Assembly (NCBI GenBank): GCA_044867525.1
Contig: JBIOVB010000118.1
Span: forward strand, 22,266 to 86,265
Reading direction: 5' to 3'
Origin: Acidimicrobiia bacterium
GTDB lineage: Bacteria; Actinomycetota; Acidimicrobiia; Spongiisociales; ZC4RG35
Length of the DNA stretch: 64,000 bases
The notes under the pieces are model-generated. The model saw only the letters and a program-made list of their open reading frames with translations, was not told where the DNA came from and did not search any database. Position numbers and translations under genes: made by a program. Below, one piece after another: positions 9,784-18,686 of this stretch. Within the stretch, counting starts at the first letter, position 1; every line of letters starts with the position of its first letter.

Positions 9784-10709
9784 AGGTCCTCACCCCGCCT
9801 TGGAGCCAGTGGCCGGCGCGATCCGCTCCAACCGCCGTCACGGTCGGCGTCTTCGATGGGGTGCATCGTGGTCACCGGGCGCTGCTCGACCGTCTGATCG
9901 AGACCGGGCACACCCCGACGGTGCTCACCTTCGAGCCTCACCCCGCCGAGGTGCTCGCGCCGGGCACCAATCCGCGGTTGCTCACCACACTGGAGGAGCG
10001 CCTCGCTCTTCTCGACGAAGCCGGGGTCGAACTGGTCGGCATCCTCGACCTTGCGGAGATCCGACACCTTCAACCCCGCGAGTTCGTCGCCGGCGTGCTC
10101 GAAGGCAAGTTGGCGATGGCCGAGATCGTGGTTGGCGTCGACTTCCATTTCGGGCGAGACAGGTCTGGCGACGTCGAGTTCCTTCGTGGGGAAGGTGCCG
10201 TGGACGGGTTCAAGGTAGATGTCGTGGAACTGGTGTCGGAGGAGGGGCCGATCTCGTCGTCTCGAATCCGGCGATTGGTCGAGGAGGGCGATCTCGCTTC
10301 CGCGAATTCCCTACTCGGAGCCAGGTACCGGTTGAGCAATACGGTCGTCACCGGTGATCGGAGAGGGAGGGAGATCGGCTTCCCTACCGCCAATTTGGCG
10401 CCGCCGGCGCGCAAGGTTATCCCGGGCCAAGGGGTCTATGCCGCGTTCGCCTTGCTTCGAGGCGTGCGAATGCAGGCGGCGGTGAACGTGGGGGTGAGGC
10501 CCACCTTCGGCGGGGGCGACCTGGTCGTGGAGGCATACCTCCTGGACTTCGACGACGACTGTTACGGCGAGTGGCTCACGCTCGAATTCGTGGCGCGCCT
10601 CCGCCCCGAGATCCGCTTCGAAGAAGTCGGTGCGTTGGTGGAGCAGATGCACGGCGACGTGGAGGCGACCCGAGAGATCCTCGTTGGCGAGGCGGGGAGG
10701 CGCGATTGA
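9780..10709 (+). CDS. ribF: bifunctional riboflavin kinase / FAD synthetase
   Basis: 309 aa. N-terminal GVFDGVHRGH nucleotidyltransferase motif. C-terminal riboflavin-kinase part (GFPTANL). Confidence 0.92.
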   Translation: MKVLTPPWSQWPARSAPTAVTVGVFDGVHRGHRALLDRLIETGHTPTVLTFEPHPAEVLAPGTNPRLLTTLEERLALLDEAGVELVGILDLAEIRHLQPREFVAGVLEGKLAMAEIVVGVDFHFGRDRSGDVEFLRGEGAVDGFKVDVVELVSEEGPISSSRIRRLVEEGDLASANSLLGARYRLSNTVVTGDRRGREIGFPTANLAPPARKVIPGQGVYAAFALLRGVRMQAAVNVGVRPTFGGGDLVVEAYLLDFDDDCYGEWLTLEFVARLRPEIRFEEVGALVEQMHGDVEATREILVGEAGRRD

Positions 10710-11842
10710 GCCGGCGGCATCCGATCGCTTCGGGATCGCCGGTTGTGGTCAAGGCCGGATCATCCAGCCTCGTCCGGGAATCCGGCGAATTGGATTCCGA
10801 TTCGCTGGAGCGGACGGTGGCCCTGGTCGCCGGCATGTGGGAGCTGGGACATCCGACCCTTCTGGTCTCGTCAGGGGCGGTGGCAGCCGGACTGCCCGTG
10901 TTGGGACTGGAGCGTCGCCCCATGGATGCCCCCGGTTTCCAGGTGGCCGCCGCTATTGGGCAGGGACGCCTGATGCAGCGCTACACAGCGCTGTTCGGAG
11001 ATCGGGGCATGGTCGTTGGCCAGGTCCTGCTCACCAAGGACCTGTTGGCCAATAGGACCCAGTATTTGAACGCCCGCGGGGCATTGGAGCGGATGCTCGC
11101 CCTCAAAGTGGTCCCGATCATCAATGAGAACGACACCGTCGTCGTCGAAGGGCTCCGCCTCGGGGACAACGACCGTCTCGCGGCGATCGTCTCCCATCTC
11201 GTGAATGCGGGCATCCTGATAATCCTCACCGACACTCAGGGCATCTATTCGGCTGATCCGAGGACGGTCGAGGACGCCGAGTTGTTGGTGGCCGTCAACC
11301 CGACCGACGCCGCACTCGATGGGGTGGCCGCAGGGCTGGCTGGCCGCCTCGGATCCGGCGGGCCCGGAACCAAGGTCGCCGCCGCTCGGATGGCAGCCTG
11401 GTCCGGGATCCCCACCGTGATCGCGAGCGCTCGTGAGCCCGAAGTGGCGGCGAGGGCGGTGGCCGGCGATGAAGTCGGAACTTGGGTGCGCCCGCATCGG
11501 GAGCGGTTGTCGGCCCGCAAGCTGTGGATCGCGTTCGGCCAGCCAACCGAGGGCACCGTGACCGTCGACGCCGGGGCGACCAAGGCCCTGCTCGAAGGCG
11601 GAAAATCCCTGCTTGCCGTAGGGGTGGTGGCCGTGGACGGGAATTTCGACGCTGGTGCCGCCGTGGAGGTGGCAGGCGCCGGGGGAGGGCAACTGGGCAA
11701 GGGCTTGATGGCGATGAGCTCGGAACAAGCACGTCACTCGATTGGTCGCCACAGCTCGGAAGTGGGAGGGGTGATGATCCATCGGGATGACTTCGTGCTC
11801 CTCACCGAGGAGAGCAAGACCACCGATAGGCTGGCGCCATGA
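10706..11842 (+). CDS. proB: glutamate 5-kinase (with C-terminal PUA domain)
   Basis: TTG 10706 overlaps the ribF stop. VVVKAGSSSL N-terminus. The ORF-track start 10571 lies inside ribF in another frame. Confidence 0.88.
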   Translation: MSRRHPIASGSPVVVKAGSSSLVRESGELDSDSLERTVALVAGMWELGHPTLLVSSGAVAAGLPVLGLERRPMDAPGFQVAAAIGQGRLMQRYTALFGDRGMVVGQVLLTKDLLANRTQYLNARGALERMLALKVVPIINENDTVVVEGLRLGDNDRLAAIVSHLVNAGILIILTDTQGIYSADPRTVEDAELLVAVNPTDAALDGVAAGLAGRLGSGGPGTKVAAARMAAWSGIPTVIASAREPEVAARAVAGDEVGTWVRPHRERLSARKLWIAFGQPTEGTVTVDAGATKALLEGGKSLLAVGVVAVDGNFDAGAAVEVAGAGGGQLGKGLMAMSSEQARHSIGRHSSEVGGVMIHRDDFVLLTEESKTTDRLAP

Positions 11843-13077
11843 TCGAGCTGATCGGACAGCAGGCCCGGGCGGCATCTCGACACCTTTCGCGGTCTACTGG
11901 TGACACGCGGCGCGCCGCCCTGATCGGGATGGCCGATGCCCTGCTCGACGCTGCGACGGATGTCCTCACCGCCAATGAGGCCGATATGGACCAGGCCGCC
12001 GCCGAGGGGATCTCAGGCGCCCTGATCGACAGGCTCCGCCTCACCCCCGCCAGGGTGAAGTCGATGTCCGCCGGGCTGCGCACCGTCGCCGACCTGCCCG
12101 ACCCGGTAGGTCGGGAGACCGGGGGTTGGGTGATGCACAACGGGATCCGCCTCCACCGGGAGCGGGTGCCTCTCGGGGTGGTGGCGGTGATCTATGAGGC
12201 CAGGCCAAATGTGACCGCCGACGCCGCAGGGCTCTGCGTCAAATCGGGAAACGCGGTGATCCTCCGTGGCTCGTCATACGCACTGACCTCCAATCGCGCC
12301 ATTTGTCGGATTCTGCGGGACGCCTTGGACCAATCTGGGCTTCCCGCCGACTCGGTGCAGCTGCTGGAGGACACCTCGCGCGACGGTGCCAAAGCACTGA
12401 TGCAGGCGACAGAATGGGTCGACCTTCTGGTTCCCCGAGGCGGGGCCGGCCTGATCGCCGCGGTGCGAGCCGATGCCACGGTCCCCACGGTCATCGACGG
12501 CGCCGGGAATTGCCATGTCTACGTCGACGCAGGGGCCGACCTCGCCAAGGCGCGCTCGATCGTGGTGAATGCGAAGGTGCAGCGGCCTGGGGTGTGCAAT
12601 GCCGCCGAGACACTGCTCGTGCACGAGGCGGTCGCCGACGCCTTCCTTCCCGAGGTGGCGAAGGCTCTGATCGCCGAAGGGGTCGAATTGCGTGGGGACG
12701 AGACCACACAGCGCCTGGTCCCCGGTGTCGCCGCGGCAACCGAAGAGGATTGGGAGACCGAGTACCTGGACCTGGTATTGGCGGTACGCGTGGTGCCGGA
12801 CATCGAGAGCGCCCTCGAGCACATCAGGAGATATGGGACCGGTCACACCGAGGCCATAGTCACCGAGGACCTAGAGGCGTCGGAGAGCTTCGTGGGCGGG
12901 GTGGACAGCGCGGTGGTGGCGGTCAACATCTCTACTCGATTCACCGACGGCGAGGAGTTCGGGTTCGGCGCCGAGATCGGAAACTCCACGCAGAAGCTCC
13001 ACGTCAGGGGCCCCATGGGATTGGAGTCGCTGACCTGTGAGCGGTACGTCCTCTACGGATCCGGCCAGACCCGTTGA
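11839..13077 (+). CDS. proA: gamma-glutamyl phosphate reductase
   Basis: 412 aa. ATGA overlap with proB. Aldehyde-dehydrogenase-type GPR sequence (CNAAETLLVH). Confidence 0.93.
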   Translation: MIELIGQQARAASRHLSRSTGDTRRAALIGMADALLDAATDVLTANEADMDQAAAEGISGALIDRLRLTPARVKSMSAGLRTVADLPDPVGRETGGWVMHNGIRLHRERVPLGVVAVIYEARPNVTADAAGLCVKSGNAVILRGSSYALTSNRAICRILRDALDQSGLPADSVQLLEDTSRDGAKALMQATEWVDLLVPRGGAGLIAAVRADATVPTVIDGAGNCHVYVDAGADLAKARSIVVNAKVQRPGVCNAAETLLVHEAVADAFLPEVAKALIAEGVELRGDETTQRLVPGVAAATEEDWETEYLDLVLAVRVVPDIESALEHIRRYGTGHTEAIVTEDLEASESFVGGVDSAVVAVNISTRFTDGEEFGFGAEIGNSTQKLHVRGPMGLESLTCERYVLYGSGQTR

Positions 13078-13171
13078 AGGTTCCCGATTCGCCGGGGCTG
13101 GTTGAGGGTAGGAACCGGGTACCTGCTAATGTTCCTTCTGCCCCCCCGGATTACTCCAGGTTCTACGCGCA

Positions 13172-13429
13172 ATGAAGACAACGACCGAGATCGTCGCCGA
13201 GTACGGCACCCACCAGAGTGACACCGGTTCACCCGAGGTCCAGGTGGCTCTGCTCACCGAGAGGATCAATGAGCTCACGGAGCACCTCCGAGAGCACAAG
13301 CACGACCACCACAGCCGGCGCGGGCTGCTGATGATGGTCGGCAAGCGCCGTCGGCTTCTCGACTACCTCCGCCGTGAGGACGTCGAGCGCTACCGGAGCC
13401 TGATCGCCAAGCTGGGGCTGCGGCGCTAA
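13172..13429 (+). CDS. rpsO: 30S ribosomal protein S15
   Basis: 85 aa. [29 protein letters not shown] is canonical S15. Confidence 0.96.
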   Translation: MKTTTEIVAEYGTHQSDTGSPEVQVALLTERINELTEHLREHKHDHHSRRGLLMMVGKRRRLLDYLRREDVERYRSLIAKLGLRR

Positions 13430-13615
13430 ACGAGATTTTGTGACGGCCCGATGAAAACGGCTGTCACGGCTTGGGCAACACGCCCAACACAGATCCGGCT
13501 TCGAGCCGGGATCAGACACACAAGCTGAGCCATGCCGGTTGTCAGTGGCGATGTCTCGGGATTCCTGAGACATGACTACTGCCAACGGGCCGGCTCCATA
13601 CAAAAGGAGCACTTA
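13430..13615 (+). promoter_or_regulatory. rpsO-pnp intercistronic leader with four hairpins
   Basis: Stems at 13440-13467 (9 bp with one G-U), 13471-13487 (TTGGGC/GCCCAA), 13495-13509 (CCGGC/GCCGG) and 13551-13573 (ATGTCTC/GAGACAT). Confidence 0.5.
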
Positions 13616-16033
13616 GTGCCCGAAATCTCCGTAAAGGGGAGCGTCGGCGGCAAGGAGCTCGTCCTGAGCTCCGGCAAGCTGGCCGGCCAGGCCGACGGCG
13701 CCGTCGTCGCCACACTCGGTGGGACCCAGATGCTGGTGACCGCCACTGCAAACAAGAAGATGCGTGAGGGCGTTGATTTCTTCCCTCTCACCGTGGACTT
13801 CGAAGAGCGGATGTACTCCGTGGGCAAGATCCCGGGATCGTTCTTCCGTCGTGAGGGCCGGCCATCGGAGCAGGCCATCCTCACCTGTCGACTCATCGAC
13901 CGCCCGCTCCGCCCATCGTTCCCCGATGGGTACCGCAACGAGACCCACGTCGTGGTCACGTCGCTGGCAGTGGATCAGGAGAACCCGTTCGACGTAGTCG
14001 CCCTCAACGGCGCCTCGGCGGCCCTCCTGATCAGCTCGATCCCATTCGAGCAGGCTCTCGGTGGTGTTCGTCTCGCTCTCCGGAAGGGGGAGTGGATCCC
14101 GTTCCCGACGCACGCCGAGCTCGAAGAGTCGGTGTTCGAATTGGTGGTCGCAGGTGGCCGCAACGCCGAAGGCGGGATCGACATCATCATGGTCGAGGCC
14201 GGGTCGACACCCAACGGGCTGCGTCTGATCGCCGATGGCGATGCGCCGTCAGACGAGGACACTGTTGCCCGCGGCCTCGAGGAGGCCAAGGCATACATCG
14301 CGGAGTCGATCGATCTCCAGAACGAGCTGGCGTCGCAGGTGACGAAGAAGGAAGTCGAGTGGCCGGTGGCCCTCGACTACAGCGATGAGATGTTCCAGCA
14401 GGTGAAGACGGCGGCCACACCGCTGCTCGCCTCGGTGGTGACCATCGCCGACAAGCAGGAGCGCAACGCAGCACAGGACTCGGCACAGGAGCAGGTCATC
14501 GCCACGCTCGCCCTGGCCGAAGACGACGCCGACGGCGCCACCCAGGCGGGGCGTGCCTTCAAGTCGGTGCTCAAGGACCTGATGCGTAAGCGGGTGGTCG
14601 AAGATGGGATTCGCCTGGATGGGCGGGGTCCGACCGATATCCGCCCACTCAGCGCCGAGGTCAGCGTGGTCACCAGGACCCATGGTTCCGGGCTGTTCAC
14701 GCGGGGTGAGACCCAGGTGTTGAACATCACCACGCTCGGGATGCTCAAGATGGAGCAGATGTTGGACACCCTCGCCCTCGAGGACTCCAAGCGCTACATG
14801 CACCACTACAACTTCCCGCCGTTCTCAACGGGAGAGGCGGGCTTCATGCGCGGCCCCAAGCGTCGTGAGATCGGCCACGGAGCACTGGCCGAGAAGGCAC
14901 TGCTCCCGGTGATACCCACCGAGGAAGAGTTCCCCTACGCCTTGAGGCTGGTCTCGGAGGTCCTTTCCTCCAACGGGTCGACCTCGATGGCCTCGGTGTG
15001 TGCCTCCAGCCTCTCGCTGATGGACGCCGGTGTCCCGATTTCGGACCCGGTCGCCGGAATCGCCATGGGGCTCATCGAGCGTGAAGGCAAGTACGTGACC
15101 CTGACCGACATCCTGGGAGCCGAGGACGCCCTCGGCGACATGGACTTCAAGGTCGCAGGTACCAGAGACGTGATCACAGCGTTGCAGCTGGACACCAAGC
15201 TGGAAGGCCTTCCTTCGGAAGTCCTGACCCAGGCACTGAGCCAGGCAAAGGACGCAAGGCTCATCATCCTGGACACCATGGCCGGTGCGATTGCCGAGCC
15301 CCGCGCCGAGATGAATGAGTTCGCCCCCCGAATCGAGTCCCTGGAGATCCCCAAGGACAAGATCGGCGAGGTCATCGGTCCCAAGGGTGCGGTCATTCGG
15401 GAGCTCGAAGAGGTCACCGGTGCGGCAATCGAAATCGAAGAGACCGATGGCAAGGGCATCGTCCGCATTGCCTCCTCCGACGGTGCGGCGCTCGCCGCAG
15501 CACGGGAGAGGGTCATGCAGATCGCCTTCCCGCCCGAGGTCGAGCTGGGGACGGAGTACGACGGCAAGGTGGTCAACATCACCAAGTTCGGCGCATTCGT
15601 CAACATCCTCCCCGGGCGTGATGGCCTGCTCCATATCTCGAGGCTCGACGGCTCGAAGCGTGTCGAGCGGGTCGAGGACTATCTGAGCGACGGACAGGAG
15701 CTCAAGGTCCGCGTCCGTGAGATCGACCGGGGCAAGGTCAGCCTGGAACTGGTCGAGGCCCTGGAGGGCGCCACCCTCCCCGACCCCGAGGCCCCGGGCC
15801 AGGGCGGCGGCGAGCGTCGAGGCCGTGACGACGGGCGCGGTGATCGTGACCGTGGACGTGGCGGCGACCGTGGGCGTGGCAGTCGGGACAGTCGGGACAG
15901 TCGGGACAGCCGTGATCGGCAGCCCCGTGAGGACCGTGCCCCTGCCCCTGCTTCCACCTCCCAGTCTTCCACCTCGGGGCGCAAGGTCGCCCAGCCCTTC
16001 GACGAGGTCTTCGAGGACCTGAGCAAGACCTGA
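13616..16033 (+). CDS. pnp: polyribonucleotide nucleotidyltransferase (PNPase) with Arg-rich C-terminal extension
   Basis: GTG 13616 lies 6 nt after AAGGAG (13604-13609). Two RNase PH domains, KH and S1 recognisable. About 90 extra C-terminal residues. Confidence 0.94.
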   Translation: MPEISVKGSVGGKELVLSSGKLAGQADGAVVATLGGTQMLVTATANKKMREGVDFFPLTVDFEERMYSVGKIPGSFFRREGRPSEQAILTCRLIDRPLRPSFPDGYRNETHVVVTSLAVDQENPFDVVALNGASAALLISSIPFEQALGGVRLALRKGEWIPFPTHAELEESVFELVVAGGRNAEGGIDIIMVEAGSTPNGLRLIADGDAPSDEDTVARGLEEAKAYIAESIDLQNELASQVTKKEVEWPVALDYSDEMFQQVKTAATPLLASVVTIADKQERNAAQDSAQEQVIATLALAEDDADGATQAGRAFKSVLKDLMRKRVVEDGIRLDGRGPTDIRPLSAEVSVVTRTHGSGLFTRGETQVLNITTLGMLKMEQMLDTLALEDSKRYMHHYNFPPFSTGEAGFMRGPKRREIGHGALAEKALLPVIPTEEEFPYALRLVSEVLSSNGSTSMASVCASSLSLMDAGVPISDPVAGIAMGLIEREGKYVTLTDILGAEDALGDMDFKVAGTRDVITALQLDTKLEGLPSEVLTQALSQAKDARLIILDTMAGAIAEPRAEMNEFAPRIESLEIPKDKIGEVIGPKGAVIRELEEVTGAAIEIEETDGKGIVRIASSDGAALAAARERVMQIAFPPEVELGTEYDGKVVNITKFGAFVNILPGRDGLLHISRLDGSKRVERVEDYLSDGQELKVRVREIDRGKVSLELVEALEGATLPDPEAPGQGGGERRGRDDGRGDRDRGRGGDRGRGSRDSRDSRDSRDRQPREDRAPAPASTSQSSTSGRKVAQPFDEVFEDLSKT
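15881..15907 (+). repeat. 3 x 9-nt perfect tandem repeat (AGTCGGGAC) inside pnp, encoding SRDSRDSRD
   Basis: Read directly: agtcgggac agtcgggac agtcgggac, followed by a degenerate fourth copy agccgtgat. Confidence 0.9.
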
Positions 16034-16054
16034 TCCGAAGTCTGTCGGTTGGTG

Positions 16055-16080
16055 AAGGGACGGGAGTGATCCCGTCCCTT
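16055..16080. terminator. Hairpin between convergent pnp and the GNAT gene (likely bidirectional terminator)
   Basis: AAGGGACGGG - AGTGAT - CCCGTCCCTT, a 10-bp perfect stem. Short T run on the plus side. Confidence 0.6.
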
Positions 16081-16085
16081 TCGCG

Positions 16086-16952
16086 TCAGGGCCGCTGCCA
16101 GGTGCGCAGCTCGGCCACTTGTTGGAATCCCATGGCCCGATAGAAGGCGATGGCGTCGAGACGATGGGCATCGGTCATGACCCGGGCCTGGCGCATGCCG
16201 GCGTCCTGCATCCGGCGCAAGGCGAAGCTCATCAGCGCTCGCCCCAGACCCTGGCCCTGATAGCGGGGATCAGTGCCGAAGGGCTCGATCTGGGCGATCC
16301 CCGACCGGTCGGCCCACCACACCATGAAGGAGGCGATTGTGCCGTCCGGGGCGACCGCCACCAGATCCCGCTCCGGCTCGTAGACCATGGATCGCATGAA
16401 CCGGAGATAACGCTCGAGATGGGCACCTGGCTCCATGGTCGACTCGAATGCGGCATGGGACGCCGTCCGTCGGTTGTCGGCCTCCTCTTCGCCGAGTACC
16501 GGCCGCAGCGACCACCCGGGTGCCAGATCGGGCTCCGGGATCAGACCTTCGAGACCACGGACGAACAATGGCTCGCCATCCTTCGCGGGAGTCATCCCCT
16601 CTGTCGCGAGCTCACTCTCCAGCTCGTGATCGAGATTCGAGATCAGGCCGGCATGGGCCCCGGTCCCCACCCGCTGCATTCCCCAGGTGATCAGCTCCAG
16701 TGGGGAATGCCCGTGTACCGCGAAGGCAACGACCTCTTTGCCGTGCCCGCCGAGCACGACAAACCCGGACTCCTCGTCGAGCCAGTAGCTGGTATCAGCA
16801 TCGCGCCGCGGGTCGGAGTGATACACCCACCACGCCAAATCGCCGGGGTGGATCGAGTAGCGGGGCCCGCCGAGATCGAGGTTTCGGCTGAGGATCGCCT
16901 GCATTCGGCCAAAGGCGCCCGTGTCGAGAGGCGAGACTTCGGTAGCTGCCAT
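16086..16952 (-). CDS. GNAT family N-acetyltransferase (two-lobed)
   Basis: 288 aa. C-terminal acetyl-CoA motif QGQGLGRALMSFAL...AIAFYRAMGF. Confidence 0.8.
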   Translation of the reverse strand: MAATEVSPLDTGAFGRMQAILSRNLDLGGPRYSIHPGDLAWWVYHSDPRRDADTSYWLDEESGFVVLGGHGKEVVAFAVHGHSPLELITWGMQRVGTGAHAGLISNLDHELESELATEGMTPAKDGEPLFVRGLEGLIPEPDLAPGWSLRPVLGEEEADNRRTASHAAFESTMEPGAHLERYLRFMRSMVYEPERDLVAVAPDGTIASFMVWWADRSGIAQIEPFGTDPRYQGQGLGRALMSFALRRMQDAGMRQARVMTDAHRLDAIAFYRAMGFQQVAELRTWQRP

Positions 16953-17037
16953 CCCTCAACCGTAGGCATCCAGTCGACGTGATTCCCATGAAAAAGCCTG
17001 ACAGGCCATACAATTTCAGCGAGACGAAAGGAGCCGT

Positions 17038-17742
17038 GTGCCGCTGCAGACGCATGGAGTCATCAGGATGAGGGGCGAGACCGCACCCCCGGTCTCGGTC
17101 CTCGTGCTCGCCGACGCCGGAAAGCTCCAGCTCCTCTCGGGGGATGAGGTGATCGGGGAATGGGACATCGATGACCTCGGTATCACCTCCCTGCACGACG
17201 GGTTCAACATCCGGGTCGAGGGGGAGGAGATGACGCTCAAGACCGATGACGACGTGGCTCTCGCCGACGAGCTCGGCCTCGGAACGGCATCGCACCGTCT
17301 TGCCCGCAGGATGGCCGCAGCCCACACAGCCGAACCCGAGCCGGTGCCGGAAATCGACGAGGCGAGGTCGAATCTGGCCGCCATCGTCTTCGCTCTTGGT
17401 GGTGTGCTCGTTCTCGCCGGCGGGATCCTCCTCGGTTCCGACCCGGAAACCGCCTCCGAGGGGATCGATGTCTTCGACATCGGCCAGCTCAGCCGGTTCT
17501 GGCTGGCGTTCGTCGTCGGTGGCATGTTGATGGCGGCAGTCGCCTTCATCCTGTCTCTGGGCGCTCGCTGGGCGAGATATGCCGCAATCGCCTCCGTGCT
17601 CGGTCTGGTCGTCTTGTTCGCAGTCGCCGCTCAGGGCGCGGTTCCCGACTCCAACCACCTCCTGGCATACGGCTTCGTCGCCGGCGGGATCGTGGTCGGG
17701 GTGGCGGTCCTGTTCAGCGGGGGCCTCGGAGGGGAAGACTGA
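17038..17742 (+). CDS. hypothetical membrane protein (soluble N-terminal module plus about 4 TM helices)
   Basis: 234-aa ORF. GTG start preceded by AAGGAG. Hydrophobic C-terminal half. Confidence 0.6.
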   Translation: MPLQTHGVIRMRGETAPPVSVLVLADAGKLQLLSGDEVIGEWDIDDLGITSLHDGFNIRVEGEEMTLKTDDDVALADELGLGTASHRLARRMAAAHTAEPEPVPEIDEARSNLAAIVFALGGVLVLAGGILLGSDPETASEGIDVFDIGQLSRFWLAFVVGGMLMAAVAFILSLGARWARYAAIASVLGLVVLFAVAAQGAVPDSNHLLAYGFVAGGIVVGVAVLFSGGLGGED

Positions 17743-17763
17743 CCCAACGGGTAACTTCGACCG

Positions 17764-18654
17764 GTGCCCGAGCTCCCGGACATCGTCATCTACCTCGAAG
17801 CACTTGCGGATCGGGTGCAGGGCGAGGTGCTGCGCAAGGTACGGATCGCATCGCCGTCGGTCCTGCGGACCTTCGAACCCCCATACGACGCCCCGGAGGG
17901 CTCCCGCGTTGAGCACCTGCATCGGGTGGGGAAGAGGATCGTCTTCGAGTTCGAGGACGACCTGTTCCTGGTGTTCCACCTCATGATCGCGGGGAGACTC
18001 CAGTGGGAGGCCCCGGGCAAGGCCATCCCGAAGAAGGTGGGCCTGGCAGCGCTCGACTTCGACCAGGGAGCCCTGATCCTCACCGAGCAGGGGAGCAAGC
18101 GACGGGCGGGGATCTGGCTGAGCCGGGGCTGGGAGGGCGTGGAGGCCCTCGACCGTGGCGGCGTGGAACCGCTGGATGCGACCGCGGACGAGTTCGCCGC
18201 CGTGATTCGCTCCGAGAACCGGACGCTGAAGCGGGCACTCACCGATCCCAGGATCTTCTCCGGGATCGGCAACGCCTACTCCGACGAGATTCTGTGGGAG
18301 GCCCGGCTCTCACCAGTGAAGCGGACCGCGCAGTTGACCGACGCCGAAGTCGAGACCCTTCACCATGCCGTGGTGCGCTCCCTCGAGGGGTGGACCGATC
18401 GGTTGCGGGCCGACGTAGGGGAGGGGTGGCCGAAGAAGGTAACTGCGTTCAGGGATGACATGGCAGTGCATGGGAAATACCGCGAGCCGTGTCCCCGCTG
18501 CGGGTCACCGGTGCAACGAATCGTCTATGCCGACAACGAGACCAACTACTGCGCCACCTGTCAGACCGGGGGCAAGCTGCTCGCAGATCGCTCCCTGTCG
18601 AGGCTGCTCAAAGCCGACTGGCCGCAGACCCTGGAGGAGCTTGAGGAGGGGTAG
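17764..18654 (+). CDS. Fpg/Nei family DNA glycosylase/AP lyase
   Basis: 296 aa. N-terminal (M)PELPD with catalytic Pro. C-terminal zinc finger CPRCGSPV...YCATCQ. Confidence 0.88.
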   Translation: MPELPDIVIYLEALADRVQGEVLRKVRIASPSVLRTFEPPYDAPEGSRVEHLHRVGKRIVFEFEDDLFLVFHLMIAGRLQWEAPGKAIPKKVGLAALDFDQGALILTEQGSKRRAGIWLSRGWEGVEALDRGGVEPLDATADEFAAVIRSENRTLKRALTDPRIFSGIGNAYSDEILWEARLSPVKRTAQLTDAEVETLHHAVVRSLEGWTDRLRADVGEGWPKKVTAFRDDMAVHGKYREPCPRCGSPVQRIVYADNETNYCATCQTGGKLLADRSLSRLLKADWPQTLEELEEG

Positions 18655-18670
18655 TAGTACCCCCTTGCCA

Positions 18671-18686
18671 TCGAACATATGTTCGA
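18671..18686. promoter_or_regulatory. LexA (SOS) box TCGAACATATGTTCGA within the imuA' promoter
   Basis: Perfect match to actinobacterial TCGAAC-N4-GTTCGA. Flanked by TTGCCA (18665-18670) and TATGAT (18687-18692), so it is exactly the 16-nt spacer. Confidence 0.8.

Noticed and set aside
10571-10705. ORF-track upstream starts for proB (10571), pnp (13532), DUF503 (7207), hisF, plsC and the PPOX genes.
   Set aside because: These extensions overlap the preceding or divergent gene and encode non-homologous low-complexity residues. Internal starts that give 1-4 nt overlaps or a good Shine-Dalgarno were preferred.
13539-13549. TTGTCAGTGGC in the pnp leader, matching the -35-like half of the actinobacterial RecA-independent (PafBC-type) damage promoter as I remember it.
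   Set aside because: The required TANNNT element at the proper spacing is absent (TCGGGA instead). A half-site alone is insufficient. It might still be worth a glance if a genome-wide motif scan is run.
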